Shown one piece after another: positions 42,182 to 52,572 of a stretch of DNA of 64,000 bases; positions within the stretch are counted from its first letter, which is position 1, and the number at the start of each line of letters is the position of its first letter. Made by a program: the position numbers and the translations under genes. The stretch is from an uncultured Chloroflexia bacterium (GTDB lineage Bacteria > Chloroflexota > Chloroflexia > Thermomicrobiales > UBA6265), in assembly GCA_963724295.1 (NCBI GenBank), contig CAVRUC010000005.1:160001-224000 (forward strand), in the 5' to 3' direction. The notes beneath the pieces are model-generated. The model was given only the letters and a program-made list of their open reading frames with translations, was not told the origin of the DNA and ran no database searches.

Positions 42182-42210
42182 CGAAGTGTCTGGCGGGTAG
42201 GGGGGTGAGA
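42148..42210 (+). repeat. REP-like repeat family A, degenerate copy
   Basis: CCCCCTCTCC...GGGTAGGGGGGTGAGA, similar to the ends of the copies at 8330 and 56198. Confidence 0.45.
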
Positions 42211-42259
42211 GCCGGCCACCGTTGACGGGAGTCGATCGTCCCGATTCTTCGCGAAAGTC

Positions 42260-42288
42260 TTGACAAATCTCGCTATTCCTCGTAAGGT
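42260..42288 (+). promoter_or_regulatory. Sigma70-type promoter for the argG operon
   Basis: TTGACA (42260-42265), 17-nt spacer, TAAGGT (42283-42288). Confidence 0.7.
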
Positions 42289-42312
42289 CACCCGTGTCCA
42301 ACGGCGGGCACT

Positions 42313-42326
42313 TGAATCATCGTGCA
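42313..42326 (+). promoter_or_regulatory. ARG box (ArgR operator) candidate
   Basis: TGAATCATCGTGCA matches TG(A/C)AT-N4-AT(G/T)CA with one mismatch, just downstream of the promoter and upstream of argG. Confidence 0.6.
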
Positions 42327-42481
42327 CTGAACGAAGGTTAGCCGCGCTCATGACGGCGCTCTCGGTCCCGAACCTCCGAACCCGTACTTGCCGGACGGGC
42401 GTTCCCCGTTCGGCCTAGCAGCGACTACCCCAGGTGGGGTGTGTCTGGTTCGCGTTCATCTTCTGACCGGGAGTTCCACAC

Positions 42482-43732
<1,251 letters not shown>

Positions 43733-43920
43733 CGAAGTTGCATCGGCGGTGGGAGGAACCCTCCCGCTCTCCGCTCGGGCGGCCAGTGCGTCGGTCCCGT
43801 CCGACGCGCTGACGGCCGCCACACCGCGGAACGATCAGCGCATTGCCGCGAACAACTCAGGTGCAGTAGTCATATCTCGACCACCGGCACGCAACATGCA
43901 ATATCTGCTGGGTGGTCCCC

Positions 43921-44240
43921 CGCGACGATGGGGAGGAGTAGGGCCGACAACCGCGCAAGCGACTCAGGGATGGTGGAAGCCTGGGACTCGCGGAATCGCC
44001 CCGAACGCGCCCCGGAGCGGCTGGCCGAAGAACGTCGCCTCTCGCGACAAGTAGGCTCAGGTGGGTGGTTCCCACGGAACGAACAACCGAGAGATGCGCG
44101 CCGCCGGGGATTCCCGGTCGCTCGCAAGAAGGGTGGTACCGCGGGAGCAGACGCCTCTCGCCCCTTCGGTCCGGATGCGGCGCACGTTGCGCCCGCCGGC
44201 GCCGGGCGTCCCGTCGACGTCAGGAACCGAAGGGGGTTCG
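43921..44240 (+). ncRNA. T-box riboswitch, Arg (CGC) specifier, probably translational
   Basis: Stem I with GA motif, AGTA/GAA loop, AGCGA and GGTGGAA boxes; specifier GAA-CGC (CGC at 44006-44008). Stem II S-turn, IIA/B and stem III follow. T-box AAGAAGGGTGGTACCGCG at 44126-44143. Downstream hairpin covers the SD, and there is no U-tract. Confidence 0.92.
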
Positions 44241-44242
44241 TC

Positions 44243-45352
44243 ATGTTTGAAGCGTCCGCCGCGTCGGATCCGCGGCCAGTACCGCACCCGACGCCCAGCT
44301 TGACCCGGGTAGAACCGCAATCCGACCCGTTCACCGAGGCGATCGCCCCGCGCGCGATTTCCCTCGGCGGCCCCGGCGCGGGCAATCTCTCCACCTTCAC
44401 GATCAGCGCGCGCTTGCAAGGGCGGAGCGTCCTCACCGATACGGACCTGACCCGCGACGAAATCGTGGAGGTGATCGGGACCGCTGCCCGGTTGAAGAAG
44501 CTGCGCCAGGCAGGTCAGCCGCACGGATACCTGGCGGGCAAGTCGCTCGGCATGATCTTCCAGCACCCCAGCACCCGCACCCGGGTCGCGTTTGAAGCGG
44601 GTATGGCGCAGCTCGGGGGTCAGGCCATTTTCCTCGGCGTCCACGACTTGCAGATCAAGCGCGGCGAGAGTCTCGCCGACACGGCGCAGGTGTTGAGCCG
44701 CTACGTCGACGGCATCGTCGCTCGCGTCGCCGCGCACAGCGATATCGAGGAGATCGCCGCGGCCTCAGCGGTGCCCGTCCTCAACGGGCTCTCCGACCGG
44801 TGCCACCCGATGCAGGCGCTCAGCGACCTTTTGACGATGCAGGAGGTCTTCGGCGACCTCCCCGGGCGCAAGATCGCCTATCTCGGCGACGGCAATAACA
44901 TGGTCCATTCGCTGCTGCTGACCTGCGCCGTGATGGGCATGAGCGTCACCGTGGCGTCGCCTGAAGGCTACCAGCCCGATCCTGAGGTCGTGAACCACGC
45001 GCGGTGGCTGGCCGCGGCCAGCGGCGCCGATCCCGAGATCGTCATCACTGATGATCCGATGGCAGCCGCCAGCGGCGCCGATGCCATCTACACCGACGTT
45101 CACGTCAGCATGGGTCAGACCGACGCCGCGACCCGAGCCGTAGCCCTGGCGCCGTACAAAGTGACCACCAGGATCATGACCGCGGCAAAGCCGGCGGCCG
45201 TCTTCATGCACTGCCTACCGATGCACCGGGACCAGGAGGTCGAAGCCGTCGTGGCCGACGGACCGCGCTCGATCATCTTCGATCAGGCCGAAAACCGGCT
45301 CCATCTGCAGAAGGCGGTGCTCCTGCACACCCTCTGTCCGACCGTGGCCTAG
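44243..45352 (+). CDS. argF: Ornithine carbamoyltransferase-like protein 1
   Basis: QHPSTRTR, HPMQ, GDGNN, SMG, HCLP, QAENRLH; about 55-aa N-terminal extension. Confidence 0.85.
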   Translation: MFEASAASDPRPVPHPTPSLTRVEPQSDPFTEAIAPRAISLGGPGAGNLSTFTISARLQGRSVLTDTDLTRDEIVEVIGTAARLKKLRQAGQPHGYLAGKSLGMIFQHPSTRTRVAFEAGMAQLGGQAIFLGVHDLQIKRGESLADTAQVLSRYVDGIVARVAAHSDIEEIAAASAVPVLNGLSDRCHPMQALSDLLTMQEVFGDLPGRKIAYLGDGNNMVHSLLLTCAVMGMSVTVASPEGYQPDPEVVNHARWLAAASGADPEIVITDDPMAAASGADAIYTDVHVSMGQTDAATRAVALAPYKVTTRIMTAAKPAAVFMHCLPMHRDQEVEAVVADGPRSIIFDQAENRLHLQKAVLLHTLCPTVA

Positions 45353-45372
45353 GGAGCGATAAAGCGGTGCAC

Positions 45373-46383
45373 ATGGTCATCGACGGTTACAACGCAACAG
45401 GGGCAGGTGGTCAGGTCTTTTCCTGGATCGACGACCCAGCCGCGCGCGTCGCGGCTCCCGGTTTGCACGGCCGCAGCGTTCTCTCCGACCTCGACTTATC
45501 GCGCGCCGACGTCGATGCCCTGGTCGAAACCGCGCTCTGGCTCAAGATCCAGCGGGAGCGAGCGCAACCGCACCCATACCTCGCCGGGAAAACACTGGGC
45601 ATGCTCTTTCAACATCCGAGCACCCGCACCCGCAATGCCTTCCAGGCCGGCATGGAGCAGCTTGGCGGACACGCGACCTTTCTCGGCGCGGACGAGTTGC
45701 AGCTCACCCGCGGCGAGACCCTGCCCGACACCGCCAGGATTCTCAGCCGTTACGTCGACGGTATCGCCGCCCGTTTCTCCGCGCACGACGATCTCATCGT
45801 CTTCATGGGCGGCGCCTCGATTCCGGTCTACAACGCGCTCACCGAACGCTTTCACCCCATCGAGGCGCTGAGCGATTTGTTGACCCTGCACGATCAGTTC
45901 GGCGGCCTCAAGGGACTGAAGCTTGCCTACGTTGGGGATGGCAACAACGTTTGTCACTCGCTGATGCTCAGCGCCGCCGCCGCGGGTATGCACGTCGCCG
46001 TTGCCTCTCCCGACGCCTTCGCACCCGATCACACGCTCGTCGAACGCGGGCGGGAGCTTGCGGCACAGGCCGGCGGGTCGGTCCTCGTCACCGAAGACCC
46101 GGTACAGGCCGTCACCGGAGCCGACGCGGTCTACACCGACGTCCACGAGAGCATGGGTCAGCCGGACGATCCACAGAAGCGGCTGGTCCTGACGCCATAC
46201 AAGGTGACCGTGGCGCTGATGGCGGAGGCGCGCCCAACCGCTGTCTTCATGCACTGCCTGCCGATGCAACGGGACATGGAGGTGGAAGCGGCCGTAGCGG
46301 ACGGTCCGCAATCGATCGTATTCGAGCAAGCCGCGAACCGGCTGCACATGCACAAGGCCGTGCTCCTGCTGACGATGGGGTAA
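45373..46383 (+). CDS. argF: Ornithine carbamoyltransferase-like protein 2
   Basis: QHPSTRTR, HPIE, GDGNN, SMG, HCLP, QAANRLH. Confidence 0.8.
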   Translation: MVIDGYNATGAGGQVFSWIDDPAARVAAPGLHGRSVLSDLDLSRADVDALVETALWLKIQRERAQPHPYLAGKTLGMLFQHPSTRTRNAFQAGMEQLGGHATFLGADELQLTRGETLPDTARILSRYVDGIAARFSAHDDLIVFMGGASIPVYNALTERFHPIEALSDLLTLHDQFGGLKGLKLAYVGDGNNVCHSLMLSAAAAGMHVAVASPDAFAPDHTLVERGRELAAQAGGSVLVTEDPVQAVTGADAVYTDVHESMGQPDDPQKRLVLTPYKVTVALMAEARPTAVFMHCLPMQRDMEVEAAVADGPQSIVFEQAANRLHMHKAVLLLTMG

Positions 46384-46473
46384 CGCTGACGACATGAGCT
46401 ATGCGGCAGGGCGAGGGCTCTGTCGCCCGGGAATCAAGCTGCACGAGCAGGTGCAAGGAAGGTAGGAACTGCA

Positions 46474-46638
46474 ATGGACGTGACCTGTCCGGAATGTGGC
46501 GCCGAGTTGGCATTGAGCGGGGTCGAGCAGGGAGAGATCGTCACCTGTCCTGACTGTGGGGTCGATCTCGAAGTACTCACCTCCGAGCCGATCACGGTCG
46601 GTCTCGCCCCCGAGGAAGGCGAGGACTGGGGCGAATAG
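46474..46638 (+). CDS. lysW: Amino-group carrier protein LysW (54 aa; absent from the ORF track)
   Basis: [54 protein letters not shown]: two CPxCG knuckles and the C-terminal EDWGE signature. Confidence 0.97.
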   Translation: MDVTCPECGAELALSGVEQGEIVTCPDCGVDLEVLTSEPITVGLAPEEGEDWGE

Positions 46639-46690
46639 ACGCAAGCCAGAGGTATCTGGAGCGAGGATGACGGCAGAGAAGGGGTCCGCG

Positions 46691-47599
46691 ATGGCAACGG
46701 TAGGCGTGCTCTGTGCGCGCGGTCGAGTCGAAGAAAACGCACTCATGGCGGCGCTGGCGCAAGCTGGCATCGTCTCTGCGCTCTTCCCGCCCGCGGACGA
46801 ACCACTGCCAGTCGGACCGACGTCGCATTCGCCGACCGGGCGTCCCTTCCCCGTGCCGCAGATCGTCGTCGATCGCCATCCAACCCGCCAGATCGCCCGC
46901 GCGGTAATTGCGACGTGCGGTGCGCTCGGTGTACCGGTGCTCTGCGCCGGCATCGCCGCCACTGGCGACCGTCTGGACGTGGCATCTGCCTTGGCCGGCC
47001 ACGATCTGCCACGTCCGCTGACGGCCCTGTGCACCTCGGAAGATGCCGGAATCGAGGCCGTTGCCGCGATGGGACTGCCGGCCACGCTGCTGCCGCTGGA
47101 GCTGAAGTCGGCGCCGATCGCCCTCCTCGACCGGGACGCCGCCGAGGCGGTCCTCGAACACCGCGCCGTGCTTGGCGGCGTCGAAGGTTCCCTGGGGCTC
47201 ATCCAGGCCGGGTCTCCGAGCACCGAACATCTCGTGAACGTGATCGTCGTCGACGGAGCGGCCACCGCCGTCGAGACCAGGACCGGCACCGCTGTTCCGG
47301 ATCAGGCCATGCGCCTCGCCGAGTACGCCGCCGGCGCGCTGAACGCGGACCTCGTGGCCATCGTTATCGCCTTGCGCTCCGGCGGCCCGGTGATCTGGGA
47401 CGCCCGCCCGGTCCCGGATTTTCGCGACGCGATGCCGATCGGGAATCTCACCGTTGCGCAATCGATCGCCCAGGCAGTCGAGCGCAGACTGCTGACCACG
47501 GCCTCGGGTCTGCCGGGAGAGCGAGACCGGACGTGGACCGGTATCTCCTCCAGCACCCAAGGACAAGGACTGCGACGTGATCTCGTCATCAGTGCCTGA
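46691..47599 (+). CDS. Degenerate LysX/RimK-like ATP-grasp paralog (probable pseudoenzyme)
   Basis: GVLCARGRVEENAL and DRDAAEAVLEHRAVLG align with LysX, but the KPxxGSWG, WxTN and ExN motifs are missing. The ORF is intact. Confidence 0.75.
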   Translation: MATVGVLCARGRVEENALMAALAQAGIVSALFPPADEPLPVGPTSHSPTGRPFPVPQIVVDRHPTRQIARAVIATCGALGVPVLCAGIAATGDRLDVASALAGHDLPRPLTALCTSEDAGIEAVAAMGLPATLLPLELKSAPIALLDRDAAEAVLEHRAVLGGVEGSLGLIQAGSPSTEHLVNVIVVDGAATAVETRTGTAVPDQAMRLAEYAAGALNADLVAIVIALRSGGPVIWDARPVPDFRDAMPIGNLTVAQSIAQAVERRLLTTASGLPGERDRTWTGISSSTQGQGLRRDLVISA

Positions 47600-48680
47600 C
47601 ATCGCACCGGCAGCCGCGTCCGGGACCGTGGCGCCGGGAGATTACGACGTCGACCTGCTGCGGCGTATGGTCGAGATCCCAAGTCTGTCCGACGAGGAGC
47701 ATGCGGCAGTGGCGGAGCTCTGCCGTCAGATGGAGGCGCGCGGCTTTCGCGCCGAGATCGACGCCGCTGGCAACGCGATAGGAGTGATTGGCTCCGGAGA
47801 GCGCCATATCGTGCTCCTCGGGCATATCGACACGGTCCCCGGTCAGATCCCGGTCCGCATCGAGAACGGCGAGTTGTGGGGCCGCGGCGCGGTCGACGCC
47901 AAGGGACCGCTCTGCACGTTCGTCGCCGCGGCCGCCGCGGCCGCGCCGGACCTCAGCGCCACGGTCACGGTCGTCGGTGCGGTCGGGGAGGAGCGTCTCG
48001 GTTCTCCCGGCGCTAATGCCGTCGCCGCCTGGGATGCCCCGGACTACTGCGTCATCGGCGAGCCAAGCGGCTGGGACGCCGTCTGCCTCGGCTACCGCGG
48101 CACACTCGGGTTCCACTACCGGCTGCGCCAACCATCACGCCACAGCGCCGGACCCGGCGAATCAGCCGGCGAGCAAGCGATCGCGTTCTGGAACGCCTTG
48201 GTGGCCGAGCTCGATGCCATGAACACCGCAAGTGGTGCCACCACCGGGTTTACGACTATCGCTCCCGCCCTGCGCGAGATGCGCTCCGGCGGGAACGGGT
48301 TGGAAGACGAAGCCGTCATGTCGATTGGTCTTCGCCTCCCACCCGGAGTCGATACGGACCGGCTCCACGGACGCCTGCGGGAGCTCGCCGCTCCGGCGGT
48401 CATTGAGGTCGACGGAGTGCAGCCGGGCTTTCGCTCGCCGAAGCAGACGCCGCTGGTGCCGCCGTTCCTGCGCGCGATTCGTGCCGCGGGCGGTTCGCCC
48501 CGCTTCACCCTGAAGCTGGGAACCTCTGACATGACTGTCGTCGGCCCGGTCTGGAACTGCCCCATGGTCACCTACGGCCCGGGAGATGCGTCACTCGACC
48601 ACACGCCTCACGAGCGGATCGATCTCGAGCACTACGGTCTTGCCATCCGCGTCCTGCGTGATGTCCTGGTGTCGCTATGA
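47592..48680 (+). CDS. lysK: [LysW]-lysine/[LysW]-ornithine hydrolase
   Basis: LLGHIDTVPG, GRGAVDAKG, EE, IGEPSGW, GTSDM, YGPGDASLDHTPHE. Confidence 0.92.
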   Translation: MPDIAPAAASGTVAPGDYDVDLLRRMVEIPSLSDEEHAAVAELCRQMEARGFRAEIDAAGNAIGVIGSGERHIVLLGHIDTVPGQIPVRIENGELWGRGAVDAKGPLCTFVAAAAAAAPDLSATVTVVGAVGEERLGSPGANAVAAWDAPDYCVIGEPSGWDAVCLGYRGTLGFHYRLRQPSRHSAGPGESAGEQAIAFWNALVAELDAMNTASGATTGFTTIAPALREMRSGGNGLEDEAVMSIGLRLPPGVDTDRLHGRLRELAAPAVIEVDGVQPGFRSPKQTPLVPPFLRAIRAAGGSPRFTLKLGTSDMTVVGPVWNCPMVTYGPGDASLDHTPHERIDLEHYGLAIRVLRDVLVSL

Positions 48681-49591
48681 CCGCACCCGGTCTCAACGGT
48701 CACTCCCGCCTCGCTGCATCCCGTCCCGACCGGCTCGGGGTGCTCGTCTCCTACCTCCGCCCCGAGGAGAAGTCGATCCTGGCCGCGGCCCGCGATCGCG
48801 GCATCGAAGTCGCGCCGATTTTCGATCGCGATCTCGTGCTCGATCTGTCGTCGCCACACGCTCCGGGCAGTGGGCTCGATTTCGACGTCGTCCTCGACCG
48901 CTGCGTCGCCCACTCGCGCTCCGGTTACACCTTGCGCGCGCTGCGACGCTGGGGCGTCCCGACCCTGAATACCGCCGAGGCGGTCCGGCTCTGCGACGAC
49001 AAGGCCGAGAACAGCCTGGTTCTGGAGGCGGCTGGCATCCCTACTCCACGCACGCTGATCGCCTTCGACGTCGCATCCGCGCTGCGGGCCTGCGAAACCC
49101 TCGGCTATCCCGCCGTGCTCAAACCGGTCACCGGCTCCTGGGGCCGCCTCCTGGCCCGCGTCAATGGACCCGATCAGGCGCGGACGGTGCTGGAGCAGAA
49201 GAAAGAGCTTGGCTCCTTCCATCACGCGATCTTTTATGTCCAGGAATACGTCGAAAAACCGGACCGGGACATCCGCGCCTACGTCGTCGGTGACCGCGTG
49301 CTGGCTGCGTCATACCGCACCGCGAAGCACTGGGTCACGAACGCCGCCCGTGGCGCCGAGTCCGTGCCCTGTCCGATCACCCCCGATATCGAGGAGCTTG
49401 CCCTCCGCGCCTGCGCCGCTGTCGGCGCCCGCCTGGCCGGTGTCGATCTGATCGAGACTGGTGAAGGTCTGGAGGTCATCGAGGTCAATACCGGCGGCGA
49501 GTTCAAAGGACTCATGTCCACCACCGACGTCGACATCGCCGGCGCAATCGTCGACGAGGCCATGCGCACGGCGCGTCTGGGAGTCGCATGA
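48677..49591 (+). CDS. LysX/ArgX family ATP-grasp ligase, ArgX-like (glutamate-LysW ligase candidate)
   Basis: [34 protein letters not shown]; the C-terminal EFKG is the ArgX-type signature. Confidence 0.75.
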   Translation: MTAPGLNGHSRLAASRPDRLGVLVSYLRPEEKSILAAARDRGIEVAPIFDRDLVLDLSSPHAPGSGLDFDVVLDRCVAHSRSGYTLRALRRWGVPTLNTAEAVRLCDDKAENSLVLEAAGIPTPRTLIAFDVASALRACETLGYPAVLKPVTGSWGRLLARVNGPDQARTVLEQKKELGSFHHAIFYVQEYVEKPDRDIRAYVVGDRVLAASYRTAKHWVTNAARGAESVPCPITPDIEELALRACAAVGARLAGVDLIETGEGLEVIEVNTGGEFKGLMSTTDVDIAGAIVDEAMRTARLGVA

Positions 49592-50505
49592 ACGCTCCCC
49601 TGATCGTCGGCGTCCTTCTCTCTCGTGTGCGCGTCGAGGAAAAGCTGCTTCTCGCCGAGCTGGAGCGGCGCGGTGTCGAGATCGTTCGCTTCGACGACCG
49701 CGAGTTCTGGCTCGACCTCGGCGCCCCCGACCTTTCGATGCTGCGCTGCGATGTCGTGCTGGAGCGCTGCATCAACCACCTGCGCGCCCTCTATACCTTA
49801 CGCGTCCTGAACGATTGGGACGTACCGACCGTCAACAGCTACGAGGTGGCCAACATCTGCGGCGACAAGCTTCTCACCTCGACCGCATTGGAACGGGCCG
49901 GCATTCCCACGCCGCGGACGCTGATCGCCTTCACGCCCGAATCGGCATTGGCGGCGTGCGAGGAGATCGGTTACCCGGTGGTCATGAAACCCGCAGTTGG
50001 CTCCTGGGGCCGGCTGCTGGCCCGGGTCAACGACCGGGACGCGGCGGAAGCCCTGCTGGAGCATAAGGTCACGCTCGGCTCATTTCACCACGGCGCCTTC
50101 TACATTCAGGAGTTCGTGCGCAAACCGGGCCGCGACATCCGCACTTTCGTCGTCGGCGACGAAACGATCTGTGCGATCTACCGCGATTCTCCGCACTGGA
50201 TCACGAACACCGCCCGCGGCGCCTCGGCCAGCAACTGCCCGGTGAGCGACGAGCTGCATGCACTCTCCCAGGCAGCCGCGGCTGCTGTCGGCGGCGGCGT
50301 GGTGGCCATCGATCTCTTCGAGAGCGACCGCGGTCTGCTGGTCAATGAGGTCAACTACACCATGGAGTTCCGCAACAGCATCGACACTACCGGGGTCGAT
50401 ATCCCGGCCCGCATCGTTGACTACGTTATCGCGGTCGGTCAGGCGGAACGAGATCGCCGCGACGTGTTAATGGCTCCCGCCGTCGCCGCGGCTGCCGGCG
50501 ATTGA
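49588..50505 (+). CDS. lysX: Alpha-aminoadipate-LysW ligase
   Basis: [27 protein letters not shown], matching the LysX-type signature WITNT / TMEF(K/R)N. Confidence 0.9.
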   Translation: MNAPLIVGVLLSRVRVEEKLLLAELERRGVEIVRFDDREFWLDLGAPDLSMLRCDVVLERCINHLRALYTLRVLNDWDVPTVNSYEVANICGDKLLTSTALERAGIPTPRTLIAFTPESALAACEEIGYPVVMKPAVGSWGRLLARVNDRDAAEALLEHKVTLGSFHHGAFYIQEFVRKPGRDIRTFVVGDETICAIYRDSPHWITNTARGASASNCPVSDELHALSQAAAAAVGGGVVAIDLFESDRGLLVNEVNYTMEFRNSIDTTGVDIPARIVDYVIAVGQAERDRRDVLMAPAVAAAAGD

Positions 50506-51263
50506 TGAGTGTCATGTCGGAGCAGATTGAAACCCGGCTGGATTACGACAGACGCGCGACCGAGTTTGCCCTCCATCGCAAGATCCATCCTGAAGTCCTT
50601 CGCGAGCTCCTCGGCAGCGGTTTGTTCGGTCCGGAAACGCGTGTCCTGGACGTCGGTTGCGGTACAGGAAACTACGCCGCCGCACTGACCGCGGAAACGA
50701 GTTGCCGAATCTCCGGCGTCGATCCCTCAGAGAGGATGCTCGACTGGGCCCGCGACGCCGCGTCATGGGAATCCCTGACAAAGTCTGACGCGGAGCATCT
50801 GCCGTTCGGCGCCGGAGCGTTCGACGTCGTCATGTCGACCGACGTCATTCACCACATTCGGGATCGTGACGGCTACTTCCGTGAGGCGGCCAGGGTGCTG
50901 CGAGCCGGGGGTCATCTCGTGACCGTCACTGATTCGCACGACACCATTCCGCGGCGGCGTCCCCTCTCCAGCCACTTTCCGGAAACGGTCGGAGTCGAGC
51001 TGCAGCGCTATCCGCCGGTACCACGGTTGCTGGAGGAGATGGGTCGCGCCGGGTTCGTCGAGCCTCGCATTGTCGAGGTCTCGCGCGACTACGAGCTCGA
51101 CGATATCCAGGCCTACCGGGACCGGGCATTCTCCTCGCTCCTCCTGATCGAGGAGGAGGCGTTTCGCCGCGGGATAAGCCGTCTGGAAGCGGACCTGGCA
51201 CGGGGACCCATCCCGTGCGTCTCTCTCTACACGATGATTTGGGGACAATTACCCTGCTCGTAA
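50505..51263 (+). CDS. Class I SAM-dependent methyltransferase
   Basis: VLDVGCGTG, GVDPS, DAEHLPF, FDVV, RVLRAGG. Confidence 0.9.
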   Translation: MSVMSEQIETRLDYDRRATEFALHRKIHPEVLRELLGSGLFGPETRVLDVGCGTGNYAAALTAETSCRISGVDPSERMLDWARDAASWESLTKSDAEHLPFGAGAFDVVMSTDVIHHIRDRDGYFREAARVLRAGGHLVTVTDSHDTIPRRRPLSSHFPETVGVELQRYPPVPRLLEEMGRAGFVEPRIVEVSRDYELDDIQAYRDRAFSSLLLIEEEAFRRGISRLEADLARGPIPCVSLYTMIWGQLPCS

Positions 51264-51298
51264 TGCCTGTGGCGGGATATGGAGGCAGTAGTCAACCG

Positions 51299-52342
51299 AT
51301 GAACGTTTCGATTATTGGCGGCAGCGGATACGCGGGCGGGGAGCTGGTTCGCCTCCTGCTCGATCATCCCGAGGTCACGATCCAGCAGGTGACATCCGAG
51401 CGCAACGCCGGCAAATTCGTCCGTTCGGTTCATCCCAACTTGCGCAAGCGATCCGACCTCAAGTTCTCGGCACTGGCCGACTTGCAACCGGCTGACGTCA
51501 TCTTCAGCGCATTGCCGCACGGCGTCGCCATGGGTCAGATGGCCGAGCTGCGTCAGAAGGCGCCGATCGTCATTGACCTCAGCGCCGACTTCCGGCTGCG
51601 CGATGCCGCCGACTACCCGAAGTGGTACGGCCATGAACACCAGGACCCGGAGCTGCTGGAATCGTTCGTCTACGGCATACCGGAGCTCCATCGCGAGGAG
51701 CTGCGCGACGCCGATCTGATCTCCAGCGCCGGCTGCATGGCCGCGACCAGCATCCTCGGTCTCTATCCCCTCTTCCAGGCGAAGGTCGTTGATCTCTCCC
51801 GCCCGGTCGTGGTCGAGGCCAAGACCGGATCGTCCGGGTCGGGCGGCGCACCCGGACTCGGGTCGCATCATCCCGAACGGAGCGGCGCGATGCGCTCCTT
51901 CAAGCCGACCGGTCACCGCCACTCGGCCGAGATCATCCAGGAGCTGACTGTCGACGGCCAGGGACCAGAGGTCGCCTTCTCCGCCACCGCGATCGAGGCG
52001 GTGCGTGGCATTCTGGCCACCTCCCACGTCTTCCTCGAGGAGCCCTTGCCCGAGAAGGAGATCTGGTCCATCTACCGGGCGGCGTACAAGGACGAGCCAT
52101 TCATGCGGCTGGTCAAGGAGGCCTCCGGTGTCCATCGCTACCCGGAACCGAAGCTCCTTTCCGGCTCCAACTGGTGTGACGTCGGTTTCGAGCGTGATCC
52201 CAATTCCAACCGCATCGTGGTCATGGCCGCGCTCGACAACCTGATGAAAGGCGCTGCAGGCCAGGCGGTGCAGGCCCTCAACATCCGCTGCGGATTCCCG
52301 GAGACGACCGCCCTCGAGTTCGCGGGGCTCCATCCGATTTAG
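51299..52342 (+). CDS. lysY: [LysW]-aminoadipyl/glutamyl-phosphate reductase (ArgC family)
   Basis: GGSGYAGGE, DLSADFR, YGIPE, AGCMAT, HHPERS, DNLMKGAAGQA. Confidence 0.92.
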   Translation: MNVSIIGGSGYAGGELVRLLLDHPEVTIQQVTSERNAGKFVRSVHPNLRKRSDLKFSALADLQPADVIFSALPHGVAMGQMAELRQKAPIVIDLSADFRLRDAADYPKWYGHEHQDPELLESFVYGIPELHREELRDADLISSAGCMAATSILGLYPLFQAKVVDLSRPVVVEAKTGSSGSGGAPGLGSHHPERSGAMRSFKPTGHRHSAEIIQELTVDGQGPEVAFSATAIEAVRGILATSHVFLEEPLPEKEIWSIYRAAYKDEPFMRLVKEASGVHRYPEPKLLSGSNWCDVGFERDPNSNRIVVMAALDNLMKGAAGQAVQALNIRCGFPETTALEFAGLHPI

Positions 52343-52360
52343 CGCGCGTCTCGTGCGAAG

Positions 52361-52528
52361 TGTCATCCCCAGGAACGACGGATCTCGTCCGGACCTGACG
52401 CATGGACACGAAGAATCGTGATTCCTGGCAAACTGCTATGAAAAACTCGCCGAAAAACCCGAACGGACGCGGAACGGGTTTTCATGCCGTGGTGATGCCC
52501 CACCGGGGCATGACTACTCGGAATGACA
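52361..52528 (+). repeat. REP/MITE-like element family B, copy 1
   Basis: Begins TGTCATCCCCAGGAACGACGGATCTCGTCCG and ends CTCGGAATGACA (imperfect inverted ends). The 5' part recurs at 61107. Confidence 0.55.
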
Positions 52529-52572
52529 CAATGCTCGCAACGCGCTATGGCAACACAGAGGACATGTAATTC

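Noticed and set aside
43928..44242. 105-aa N-terminal extension of argF in the ORF track
   Set aside because: This interval is the T-box RNA. The SD-supported start is ATG 44243.
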